Assembly: GCA_963759585.1 (NCBI GenBank)
Contig: CAVWZW010000003.1
Location: forward strand, 68,547 to 132,546
Direction: 5' to 3'
Length of the DNA: 64,000 nt
DNA from: Pyrinomonadaceae bacterium
Lineage (GTDB): Bacteria; Acidobacteriota; Blastocatellia; Pyrinomonadales; Pyrinomonadaceae
The notes beneath the pieces are model-generated. The model did not search any database and was not told the origin of the DNA. It saw nothing but the letters and a program-made list of their open reading frames with translations. Below, in pieces: positions 19,513 through 27,446 of the stretch (positions are counted from its first letter, which is position 1; every line of letters begins with the position of its first letter). A program made the translations under genes and the position numbers.

Positions 19513-20367
19513 TTAGAAACGGTTGCGATATTCCGCGGAGTTCATGAAGCCGTTAATCATCGTGCGGTAGTCACCGGTCTGGTTCATGGTATTGATCCAG
19601 TCGAGATAGAGGATGTCCGGATCGCGACGGAGATAGCCGTGATACTGCATCACTACGAAAGCCTCGTTGTAATACTTGTTGTAAACCTCTGACGCCTCGC
19701 TGATCGCTCTCAACACCTGCGCCCGAGTCTTGGTGGCCGCGTTCAGATCATTAATCAACTGCTGCGAGTTGCCTATGGTAACGCCCGCGGTGCTTACCAG
19801 CGTATTCACGAAGTCAGCGTTGCTTAAAGCGTCATACTTCGTCTTGAATTCCTGCCGCGCCATGAAGTCGTTAATGAAGGCCACTTTGCTGGCTTCTAGC
19901 TGCTGGTCGGTCTGGAATCCACTAACGCGACGCGCGTCGGGAATGAACTCGGCATACAGGGGCACGCGCTTAAAGCTCACCGAATAGAAGCGGTAAACGA
20001 AGTAGCGTCGTACCTGAAACTCGTCGGAGCGAAAGAAAGCGGAGCTGACTTCAATTCGATCGCAAGGCGGTGGGGTGGTAGTGCCGCAACCGTTCATGAC
20101 ATTCATCCAGCCCTGGAAACCACCGGGCTCCGGCATACGCGCCAGGAAGTCGATGTAGTGCTGTTGAATGAAAAAATCGTTGTCATCAATGGTGATTGGC
20201 GTGTTCGTGCCTGGACGCAAACGCAGCGGCTTCACCTTAACGTTGCCGTAATAAAGCTCCGAGGGAAGGGTCGGGTCTTCGGTGACGATTCTGAGTGTGG
20301 GGCTCTGCCCAAGCGCGCTAACAGCCGTGAGCGCGATTACAAAAAGGGTTATGGCTAACTTCATCAT
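19513..20367 (-). CDS. Small secreted protein made almost entirely of the triple DUF4214-like module
   Basis: Signal peptide MMKLAITLFVIALTAVSALGQ with AGGAG 5 nt upstream of the ATG at 20367. DFFIQQHYIDFLARMPEPGGFQGWMNVMNGCGTTTPPPCDRIEVSSAFFRSDEF ... MNGFMNSAEYRNRF is colinear with the C-termini of the 0-12 kb genes. Confidence 0.85.
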   Translation of the reverse strand: MMKLAITLFVIALTAVSALGQSPTLRIVTEDPTLPSELYYGNVKVKPLRLRPGTNTPITIDDNDFFIQQHYIDFLARMPEPGGFQGWMNVMNGCGTTTPPPCDRIEVSSAFFRSDEFQVRRYFVYRFYSVSFKRVPLYAEFIPDARRVSGFQTDQQLEASKVAFINDFMARQEFKTKYDALSNADFVNTLVSTAGVTIGNSQQLINDLNAATKTRAQVLRAISEASEVYNKYYNEAFVVMQYHGYLRRDPDILYLDWINTMNQTGDYRTMINGFMNSAEYRNRF

Positions 20368-20589
20368 AATGCTCCTATCCTCGCCTGATGTTCGACGATT
20401 CAGTTTGTCGAGATCTTTCATGAGGAGGGGCGTCCAATATCGTCATCGATGCTCTGGCAGCGTTGAGACAGTCAGTAGTTTAGGTCGGCCCGTGTAGTAC
20501 TGTCAAACCGAAATATTTAGATGCGTGAACGGGGAAAAAAGACTGAAAATTAATGGGTGATTAAAGGGGAAACGCCACAGATTCAGGGA

Positions 20590-21762
20590 CTACCCTGCCC
20601 AGTATGCCTGGGCGTAAAATACTGTGTGCATAAACAGCAAAGCAGCAAAGAGACCGATTACCGCTAAGCCGAGCCACATCCTCCTCTTGAAAATGTCGCC
20701 TAAAACGATAAATACCGGAAATAGCAGCATCAAAAATCTACTAAATGATCCAAACCCTCTATTTCCAGCAGCCAAAAAGTATGGCATGAGCAAACCGCCG
20801 GCTACGTAAAGCGTGTAAGAAACCTGCAGACGTTTCCTGAAGCAAACCGCGAGGGCGATGAACATCAGAAAGAGCCAGGGGGCGAGCGTCTCAGGAATAG
20901 GGCCGTCGCGCCAGATGTCAGCGAGATGTAGAAAAGGCTGCAAGGTGATCAGCCTCAAGATTTCGCCCCAGCTGCCTTCGCCATGCCAGGCACGCTTGCT
21001 GGTTATTACGGATAGGGGCCGGTTGAAGTTAGCCCACAAGTAAATCATGTACAGCCACAATCCTGAGGTGGCAAGCAACAAGTTGTAAACGATTGCGATT
21101 CCCAGGCGCTTCTTGTTTGGCCCTAGCTCGCGCCATAGTTCCCAGAGTAATGGTGGTATCAGCGACAGACACGTGACACGGGTGCCCACAGCCAGGCCTA
21201 TGCAAACCGACGCAAGGATGAAGTGCTTTCTCTTCAGTAGTAGAAATGTGACTGTGATCAGCACCAGGGCTAACGACTCGGTATAGCCTGCGGTAAGAAA
21301 CAGGGACGAAGGAAAGAAGCAAAGACCAGCCACCGCGAAGAGCGCGACCTCGTCTCCGTAGTCTTCACGGATCAACTTGACCAGCAAGGGGACGGCGGTT
21401 AGTAGCAGCGCATTGGAGACAACTAATAGTGCGATCTCAGGCGACAGACGGAAGACAACCGAAACGACTTTGCAAACCAGTGGGTAGAGAGGACTGAAAG
21501 TGATCGACTGCTGCGCCAGCTCGTCGCCGGTGTGCGTGTAACCATCGCGAACGATCTGAAGATACCAGCCTGCGTCCCAGCGCAGCAGATAGCGATACCA
21601 GGGCACATTGGTCTCACCGGCGGCGTGAATGCTTGGAGTGACAAATCTGGCAGAAAAGAAGAGGGCAAGGATTACGACTAGTCTCGAGGCGAGCAAGATC
21701 AGCAGCGCCTTTGCGTAGAGCGTAATGTTCGCGCGGCGATGATTTGAGGCTTCGTGGTCCAT
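20590..21762 (-). CDS. Polytopic membrane protein, PIG-V/mannosyltransferase-like (GT-C fold candidate)
   Basis: About 10 predicted TM segments. The motif YRYLLRWDAGWYLQIVRDGY is characteristic of PIG-V-type mannosyltransferase-like proteins. Confidence 0.65.
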   Translation of the reverse strand: MDHEASNHRRANITLYAKALLILLASRLVVILALFFSARFVTPSIHAAGETNVPWYRYLLRWDAGWYLQIVRDGYTHTGDELAQQSITFSPLYPLVCKVVSVVFRLSPEIALLVVSNALLLTAVPLLVKLIREDYGDEVALFAVAGLCFFPSSLFLTAGYTESLALVLITVTFLLLKRKHFILASVCIGLAVGTRVTCLSLIPPLLWELWRELGPNKKRLGIAIVYNLLLATSGLWLYMIYLWANFNRPLSVITSKRAWHGEGSWGEILRLITLQPFLHLADIWRDGPIPETLAPWLFLMFIALAVCFRKRLQVSYTLYVAGGLLMPYFLAAGNRGFGSFSRFLMLLFPVFIVLGDIFKRRMWLGLAVIGLFAALLFMHTVFYAQAYWAG

Positions 21763-21851
21763 CGAAAGCGAATCTCAGTTCTTTGTAACGCAAAACTGTT
21801 AGGTTGCGAGCCGAACGCTACAAACATCTATCTTCTTACAAGCTAACTTCT

Positions 21852-22115
21852 GAGGCCTTGTACAAACAGTGTTCGATTCTCAGTCCGCGATTAGCGGACG
21901 GATGATAGTAGCCCAGCAGTTCACTGCTGGGATTAGTGCGAAGATGAGTCACCAGTCCGTGAAACGGACGGCTGAAAAGTATTGATAACTTGGCTTATGT
22001 TCAGCCGTCTGCTTCACGGACTGCGTTTTCTTGCTCGTTGGATCCCGGCAATGAATTGCTGGGCTACTCTCATTCGTCCGCTTAGCGCGGACTGAAAACC
22101 ACTTTTTGCCCAAAG
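21852..22115. repeat. Family-B nested palindromic element, copy 2
   Basis: gaggccttgtacaaacagtgttcgattctcagtccgcgattagcggacgg...cccagcagttcactgctggg... aligns with the copy-1 core (17782-18044) along its whole length. Confidence 0.85.
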
Positions 22116-22154
22116 CTGGCTTCTACTGAATCGCTCGCAAACTAACAGTTTGCG

Positions 22155-24980
22155 TTACGATGCCCCGAAAAACTTGCGACCGAATATGACCACCCCGACG
22201 AGCGCAAAAAGTGAGAACCCGCTGATCGCAGCTCCGTAATAAAACATCTTGGGTTTGAACTCGAACCGAACAGTATGTTTGCCGGCAGGAACTTGCACGC
22301 CCCGCATCGCATAGTTCGCGCGAAATAATTCGACTGCTGCGTCGTCAACTTTAACCTGCCAGCCCGGGTAGTAAACGTCGCTGGTGACGAGGAATGCAGG
22401 AGCAGCAGACATTGTTTCAACTTCCATCGCAGTCTCAGAAAGGTTTACGACTCGAGCTGATGCGCCAGGATCCCCGGCGAATGAAGCCAAAGGCTTTTCC
22501 ACCAGTGCTGCACGCGCTGGATCAAACTCACGTCCGTCGGGTAAACGCGACGACTTGATGGTGCGCAGTACATCTTGCGGTGCGAGGTTAATCGCTTCGG
22601 ATACAAACCACGCGCGAGGTAGTGCGCGCATGTTTTCGTAGATGCGAGCTCCCCCGGAGTCCTCAACGAAGCGCCATTGGCTTCCCAGAAATGACGGTGG
22701 ACTGATCGACTCCGAGCTGTTTGCGAGTTCATCGATCAAGTTCAGCTTGTCCAGGATCATTGCACCTTCGCGTCCTGACCATTGCAGCTCTACCTTGCTA
22801 ATCGCTCTCCCGTCTTTCAGTTTCAAGTTCGCGAGATAGAAATGACCTTCGCAGGACTCTTCGTACATTTTGGCTGGATAGCTCTTGAAGAGTTCAGCAC
22901 GTTGGTGCTGCATGTTTGGCTTGATGGTTGGACAGTCGTAGGACCATTCGGAAGAATCACGTCCTGCCAAAAAGCTTTGCGTCTCAGTGTTTCCGTTAAC
23001 ATCCGTCAACAACACTCGCGCGACTTCCTCACCCTGCTTCAGCGATACCGAACAGGCCAGGCGGCTGACTATACCCACACTAGTAGCCCGAAACGGCGCA
23101 GGCAAAGTGAACTGAACCGCGTCGCGTTTCGGCTGATTACATCCCGAACCGAGCCAGATATCCATGTTCTCCTCAAGCCACAATTTGCCGTGCGCGTCGC
23201 GGACAGTTCCGGCCTTCGGAAGTACAACATAGCGCACTGAAGTTAAGTTGAGGCTTTGGTCTTCGGGACTTCGCCAGGTGGGAGCAATGCTTCCGTCAGG
23301 AAGAATTGATAACAGGTACATCACTCGGGATGGAAGCAGTGGGCCATAGCCAGTGGCGTTCGGAACGTTCCATATCCTGGATAAATTGGGAACCAACTCC
23401 TCAGGTGTTCCCAGTGTGCCGCGGATCGAAACCATTCGTTGATTGGTTCCGGTAAGCATGGTCCGCAATCGCGCGGCCGAAGGCGGTTCATTCAACACTT
23501 GCTTTGGCGGTGCGGCAAAATGCCAATTGAAGAACCAGCCAAAGCTCGCCAAATCAAGAAGCAGCACGATCAAAACCAAAGTATGTCGGAGAGCAGACCC
23601 AGGATTTCGATGCCACACGAACAGCGCGATGCCGCCGAGAAAAAATACTATCAGCGGGACGCAAACTGCCGGATTCTGCCAGGGCAGTAGATCGAGGTCG
23701 GTTATCCCTCGTGCGATTGCGAATCGCTGAATCTTGTCTGAGTTAAGAATGAAAACGGCCACCGCCATCACTAATGCCGCAACGGCCACAGTAATGGATA
23801 TCGCGCGCCTGCTTACCTTTCCTTGAGCGAGAGCGTTTGCCCCCAGCCCGGAAAGAACGCTGACTGCGAATGACACTTCAATGAAGTGACGTGCCGGAGC
23901 TCGAAATTGGCCCAGCACCGGAAGCTGGTACACCAAAAACGCGAGCGGCGTACGCTCGCCCAGGGCTAGCAGGAAAGCAAGTAGCCCAACGACAACCCAG
24001 AATATGGTCACGCCTTTCCGCCGGCTGTAGAAGGACCCGATCGCCGCGAGCATCAACGGCAGCAGGCCGACGTACCCCGTCATCTCTATCAGGTTCCACT
24101 CGCCAAAATACTGGGGGTTGCCATAACGAGGTAGGCCGCCAAATACGGCAGGGAAAAGAAGCATTGGAAGATGCTTTGAGGGAAAGGAGTAGGTAACGAA
24201 TTCCCAGTAAGTGAAACCCGTTCGCAAACTGAGGCCCGCAAGCTCTTTGGTCGGAAGAATTTGAAGTGCGGCGAGACCCAGCCCCAAAACGAAAAGAACC
24301 GAAGCGAGCGGGTAAAATCGCAGGCGGCCGATAGGAGCGCTCCACCCTAAGAAAAGGGCGTAGGCGCCGGCGGCGATCAGTCCGTAGACAACGATCTGTA
24401 AATGTCCCGCCAGCATGCAGCATGCAATAGCCAAACACCCGGCCACCAACCAGAGCCTGCTGAATTCTCGCCGCAACATTTCGAGCGACCAAACGATTAA
24501 CGGCAACCAGACTGCGGAATGAATCATGGCAGTATGGCCCATGTGGGCGATCATGAAACCACACATGCCGTACGTGATCCCGGCAACGAGGCTGGCAAAT
24601 CTCGATTGTGTAATCGCGTAGACGTAGCCATAAGTGAAGCAGCTCGCCATCACGTAAGCCGACACAACGAAAATGTTCCAACCGCCGGGAATGAAAGAAA
24701 AGAAAAGAGCAGGTGGATACCAGGCCATGACCTGTGGATCGGCAACCATTGGGAAACCGTTTGCCAGCAGGTTGTCCCAAAGCACTTTGCTCGACTGGAA
24801 GAAGGCCAGGTGATACACGACGCCGTCGCCGAGGCCGCCCGCAGCCGGTGCTAACAGATGACCGGTAAAGAGAACCGGTGAGAAGAAAAGAGTAAACAGG
24901 AGGGAGAAAAAAAGGACGACAAAGACAGCGTGGCGAACTGGGGTTTTAAGTAGAAGGTTTAAAGACACCATAGTGAGCAC
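22155..24980 (-). CDS. YfhO-family polytopic membrane protein (GT-C type extracytoplasmic glycosyltransferase candidate)
   Basis: 941 aa with many N-terminal TM helices. FFSPVLFTGHLL start region. C-terminal DVYYPGWQVKVDDAAVELFRANYAMRGVQVPAGKHTVRFEFKP plus a final TM, as in YfhO proteins. Confidence 0.75.
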   Translation of the reverse strand: MLTMVSLNLLLKTPVRHAVFVVLFFSLLFTLFFSPVLFTGHLLAPAAGGLGDGVVYHLAFFQSSKVLWDNLLANGFPMVADPQVMAWYPPALFFSFIPGGWNIFVVSAYVMASCFTYGYVYAITQSRFASLVAGITYGMCGFMIAHMGHTAMIHSAVWLPLIVWSLEMLRREFSRLWLVAGCLAIACCMLAGHLQIVVYGLIAAGAYALFLGWSAPIGRLRFYPLASVLFVLGLGLAALQILPTKELAGLSLRTGFTYWEFVTYSFPSKHLPMLLFPAVFGGLPRYGNPQYFGEWNLIEMTGYVGLLPLMLAAIGSFYSRRKGVTIFWVVVGLLAFLLALGERTPLAFLVYQLPVLGQFRAPARHFIEVSFAVSVLSGLGANALAQGKVSRRAISITVAVAALVMAVAVFILNSDKIQRFAIARGITDLDLLPWQNPAVCVPLIVFFLGGIALFVWHRNPGSALRHTLVLIVLLLDLASFGWFFNWHFAAPPKQVLNEPPSAARLRTMLTGTNQRMVSIRGTLGTPEELVPNLSRIWNVPNATGYGPLLPSRVMYLLSILPDGSIAPTWRSPEDQSLNLTSVRYVVLPKAGTVRDAHGKLWLEENMDIWLGSGCNQPKRDAVQFTLPAPFRATSVGIVSRLACSVSLKQGEEVARVLLTDVNGNTETQSFLAGRDSSEWSYDCPTIKPNMQHQRAELFKSYPAKMYEESCEGHFYLANLKLKDGRAISKVELQWSGREGAMILDKLNLIDELANSSESISPPSFLGSQWRFVEDSGGARIYENMRALPRAWFVSEAINLAPQDVLRTIKSSRLPDGREFDPARAALVEKPLASFAGDPGASARVVNLSETAMEVETMSAAPAFLVTSDVYYPGWQVKVDDAAVELFRANYAMRGVQVPAGKHTVRFEFKPKMFYYGAAISGFSLFALVGVVIFGRKFFGAS

Positions 24981-25072
24981 AAACTTCGCACCAACCTGAT
25001 TTCAGCCCTTCAGGCTGAAATCCACTTCTAACTTTCGCGCAACGCTCCGGCGCTGTTGTTTAGAATCGCCAT

Positions 25073-26890
25073 TCATTGCACCACCGTCACCCAAACCTGT
25101 GGGGTGCGCTCGCCAAATGCTGCTACGCCATCCTGGACCATGCCCCAATGAAACGAGTACCGACCCGGCTCGGCAGGCGCTGTAATTTTAAATTCGAATT
25201 TTACGATCGAACTCGATTCAACCGTCGATGGCAACTCGACGCGCTCGAGGCCCCAGTCGCGATTTCCGCTTAGATAAGCCAAACGGTAAAGCTCCCCGGT
25301 GGTCCACCTCTTAAGTCCAGTATTCTTCACCGTGACATTAACGCTGTATGTCTCACCGGCCTTCATTGAGTCCGGCACCAGCTGCTCCACAAAGGCGGCG
25401 TCATTTAGCGAATCGGCCTTGACCGCCGGCTCCGATCCGCGCTGCAAAACAACCCAACCATCCTCCTCGAATATCTTTTGGTATCCCCTGACTTGCCGGG
25501 CTGTGAGATACATCTTCAAGTCCTCGACGGAGGTCATTGGATACGGATTAATTTTGTCACTCGCAATGATGAAGTCAGGATCGGGAAAGTTCGCAGTTGG
25601 ATGAAGCACGTAGATCATTTGCCGGTGCGATAGATGAGGTGTGATTGGTCCCTGTGCAGCGACCGAGGCATCAGGCGGAATCATCGCGAGCGCGTTGCGT
25701 CCAACCTGGTCGCTACTGCTCAGTCTCCAATACCCGGCAGACTTTAATTGCCAGAGTGGAAATTCAGGCAGCAAGCGCACGTTTAGCAAAAGTATAAAGC
25801 AGCTTACGGCAATGAGCAGGTATCGAGATTTCACTTTCAACTGACCCGTGATTCTGGCTAGACCGTCAGCAGAAGACATGACCAGCACGGGCACAAGCAC
25901 CGCCGTGTAGTGAAAGTCCGGGGTCCAAAAGTTAACTTTTTCGGAAAGAAACCGTTCGGCGAATAATGGAATAGCCAGGATGAACAGTGGTGAAAAGAAC
26001 GACAAAAATAGAAACGGATGAAAGATATACCAGTAAGTATGCAGCTTCGTCGGCGGGGTAAACAGCGTCCGGATCACCAGAAGCGGCTCCGACAACATCT
26101 TTACGAGCGCGCTCAACGGTCCCGATCCGAATTGTCTATAACTCCAATGATGGTAGTAGACGCCGGGCGGGGTATTTTGCTTGATGAGCGGATGGAGGAA
26201 GTAAGGGATGAAGATTTTGGTCACCGTCAGAAACCATATCGCGCCGGCGCCCATGCTGATCAGTCCTGGCTTGAATCGTTTCGTGACCAGCAGGTAAACC
26301 CCGAAGAAGAAAACGAGCAGGGACAGGTTCTCCTTCGTCAGCAGCAACAAGATTAGGCAAAAGAAGTACGGCCGCCATCGCTCTTCGTCGATAAAGTAGA
26401 TTGCCAGCGCGGTTAAAGGAACGGCAAACGCTATCTCGTGAAAATCAAACTCGACGGCTTTCTGGATGCCCCAGTAGATCGAATACGACAAACAAAACAA
26501 GTAAGCCGCAACTTTTCCCAAACGCTTTTCCGTGAAAAGAAATATGGGAACCATCGCGACTGCGAACAGCAGCGCTTGCGCGATCAGCAACGCTTCGATT
26601 CGATTCGTAAACCAATAGATTGGGGCCAGCAGAATTATGATTGGATGGAAGTGGTCGCCGAGCAGATTGTCTTGTGAGAGATGAAGGCGAACTGTGTTAT
26701 AGGGCGGCCCAAAGCGGCTGTATTGCCAGATAGCTTGATCGAAGATCCCCAGGTCGTAGGCGGTTGACGCGAAGTGCCAATGGCGAAGAATTGACAGTGA
26801 GGAGTAAACGATGGTGAGAGCGAGTACGAAGAGCCAAAGCCACTTCCGTCGATTTAATGCCGCGGTTACCTGAGCAAGGTTATCTAACAT
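25073..26890 (-). CDS. DUF2079-family polytopic membrane protein with C-terminal NBR1/Ig-like soluble domain
   Basis: SILRHWHFASTAYDLGIFDQAIWQYSRFG...LLGDHFHPIIILLAP is typical of DUF2079. The C-terminal domain is AGETYSVNVTVKNTGLKRW...GRYSFHWGMVQDG. I prefer the start at ATG 26890, because the longer ORF to 27034 runs into a REP copy. Confidence 0.7.
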   Translation of the reverse strand: MLDNLAQVTAALNRRKWLWLFVLALTIVYSSLSILRHWHFASTAYDLGIFDQAIWQYSRFGPPYNTVRLHLSQDNLLGDHFHPIIILLAPIYWFTNRIEALLIAQALLFAVAMVPIFLFTEKRLGKVAAYLFCLSYSIYWGIQKAVEFDFHEIAFAVPLTALAIYFIDEERWRPYFFCLILLLLTKENLSLLVFFFGVYLLVTKRFKPGLISMGAGAIWFLTVTKIFIPYFLHPLIKQNTPPGVYYHHWSYRQFGSGPLSALVKMLSEPLLVIRTLFTPPTKLHTYWYIFHPFLFLSFFSPLFILAIPLFAERFLSEKVNFWTPDFHYTAVLVPVLVMSSADGLARITGQLKVKSRYLLIAVSCFILLLNVRLLPEFPLWQLKSAGYWRLSSSDQVGRNALAMIPPDASVAAQGPITPHLSHRQMIYVLHPTANFPDPDFIIASDKINPYPMTSVEDLKMYLTARQVRGYQKIFEEDGWVVLQRGSEPAVKADSLNDAAFVEQLVPDSMKAGETYSVNVTVKNTGLKRWTTGELYRLAYLSGNRDWGLERVELPSTVESSSIVKFEFKITAPAEPGRYSFHWGMVQDGVAAFGERTPQVWVTVVQ

Positions 26891-27032
26891 TGCGGTAGAG
26901 CGAGCAACAAGCGCGGTAGCGCCGGATGCTAGAGTAGCTTCCCAATCGAGCAGCCTCAGCACCAAGCGCGGCGAGCTGATTTCATTGATTTCGTAAACCG
27001 TGCGTCTGTTTTTAACCCAAGTTGCCTCAAGC

Positions 27033-27060
27033 ATCCGGCGCTACCGCGCTCGGTTCTGTA
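27033..27060. repeat. 28-bp REP-like unit (family E), single copy
   Basis: atccggcgctaccgcgctcggttctgta. The same unit or its complement occurs at 52455, 52511, 61485 and 61660, with degenerate copies at 60671, 60752 and about 41505. Confidence 0.85.
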
Positions 27061-27083
27061 AAGGCCCTTGCGCATCATCTCGA

Positions 27084-27446
27084 TTACCTGCCGCCATTCG
27101 GCTTCTGATGAAAGCTACGATACAACCACTCCGCCCTTACCGCCGGTTGGTGCTTCGCGGCTTTTTTAACAGTACTTTGACAGAAAATGTATTGACCGAG
27201 ATCCGGCTGCCGATGTCTTACCAGTGGGGCCACGGTCTCGATTGATATATTCGAGCCTTGCAGACCGGCGTTAACGTCGGCCGTGAATAGACTTTCGACA
27301 TTGAAACCGTTTGCGGAAAGCAGGCTAGCCAGATCCTGCGGTGTGTATTCGCGGTTATGCCGCCCGTATGGTCCATAACCGGAATAGGGATCGTATATAT
27401 TCTCGCCGGCAATCACCTTGCGCACGTTATCGAGGCGACGCAACAT
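27084..27446 (-). CDS. C-terminal piece of a class I SAM methyltransferase domain (continuation of the upstream ORF in another frame)
   Basis: MLRRLDNVRKVIAGENIYDPYSGYGPYGRHNREYTPQDLASLL continues the methyltransferase fold that ends abruptly at ...LKPGGVMVLTTPNVASPR* in ORF 27427-29241. The two ORFs overlap by 20 nt. Confidence 0.6.
   Translation of the reverse strand: MLRRLDNVRKVIAGENIYDPYSGYGPYGRHNREYTPQDLASLLSANGFNVESLFTADVNAGLQGSNISIETVAPLVRHRQPDLGQYIFCQSTVKKAAKHQPAVRAEWLYRSFHQKPNGGR

Noticed and set aside
23878-24780. 300-aa ORF on the minus strand inside the YfhO-like gene.
   Set aside because: It is out of frame within a well-supported 941-aa membrane protein gene. Its Arg/Gly/Cys-rich composition is typical of an alternative frame in GC-rich coding DNA.
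26891-27034. N-terminal 48-aa extension of the DUF2079 gene.
   Set aside because: Its start abuts or overlaps a REP unit (27033-27060). The family-typical N-terminus and first TM begin after the ATG at 26890. The longer start cannot be excluded.
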